From assembly GCA_963696735.1 (NCBI GenBank), contig CAVOLG010000006.1:3442-67441 (forward strand): a DNA stretch of 64,000 nucleotides, read 5' to 3'. Made by a program: the position numbers and the translations under genes. Shown here one piece after another: positions 63,889-64,000 of the stretch. The notes below the pieces were generated by a model. The model saw only the letters and a program-made list of their open reading frames with translations. It was not told where the DNA came from and searched no databases. The DNA comes from an uncultured Actinomycetes bacterium (GTDB lineage Bacteria > Actinomycetota > Thermoleophilia > Gaiellales > JALYLC01). Numbering within the stretch: the first letter of the stretch is position 1; every line of letters begins with the position of its first letter.

Positions 63889-64000
63889 CGGGTGACTGCT
63901 CCCGAGTGAATCCCCAGCCGAGCATCCCGCCGCGACGGTTGGTCCACCTGCCCCCTACGTGTTCGTGTGGTGAGCGTCCGCCGAGTGGTTATGGCCGCGA

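Overview
Very GC-rich bacterial DNA. Gene content suggests an actinobacterium, probably class Thermoleophilia (inference). Many genes are broken by single-base frameshifts that look like long-read indel errors, so several boundaries are reconstructed across frames and are approximate. Contents in order: (1) 0.2-14 kb, a surface-glycan locus (wzm/wzt, gmd/rmd, five glycosyltransferases, SAM methyltransferase, LysR, PglF/CapD-type dehydratase, DegT aminotransferase); (2) 15-22.4 kb, a xylose-type catabolic operon with a divergent isomerase; (3) 22.4-32 kb, FAD oxidoreductase, TetR/GNAT pair, GGDEF/HD-GYP protein, non-canonical ArgH-family lyase, GNAT with a leader ORF, M23 peptidase; (4) 32-40.4 kb, a copper/metal-handling island; (5) 40.5-44.4 kb, orphan response regulator, GNAT fusion, MFS, MmcQ/YjbR; (6) 44.4-55.4 kb, a FadR-controlled catabolic island (Liv-type ABC, beta-hydroxyacid dehydrogenase, TPP E1a/E1b, M24 hydrolase, E2); (7) 55.4-59.5 kb, stand-alone NusG-CTD-like protein, DEAD-box helicase with a structured leader, small ORFs, secreted beta-propeller; (8) 59.5-64 kb, an ArsR-rhodanese/MBL/MFS/methyltransferase cluster and a GAP-family protein. 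The best candidate for an undescribed system is a pair of paralogous His-containing membrane proteins ending in RAPP/RGPP arrest-type motifs, each directly upstream of a metal-handling gene set. In one copy an anti-Shine-Dalgarno sequence lies inside the footprint of a stalled ribosome. No rRNA, tRNA, CRISPR array or intact mobile element was seen.
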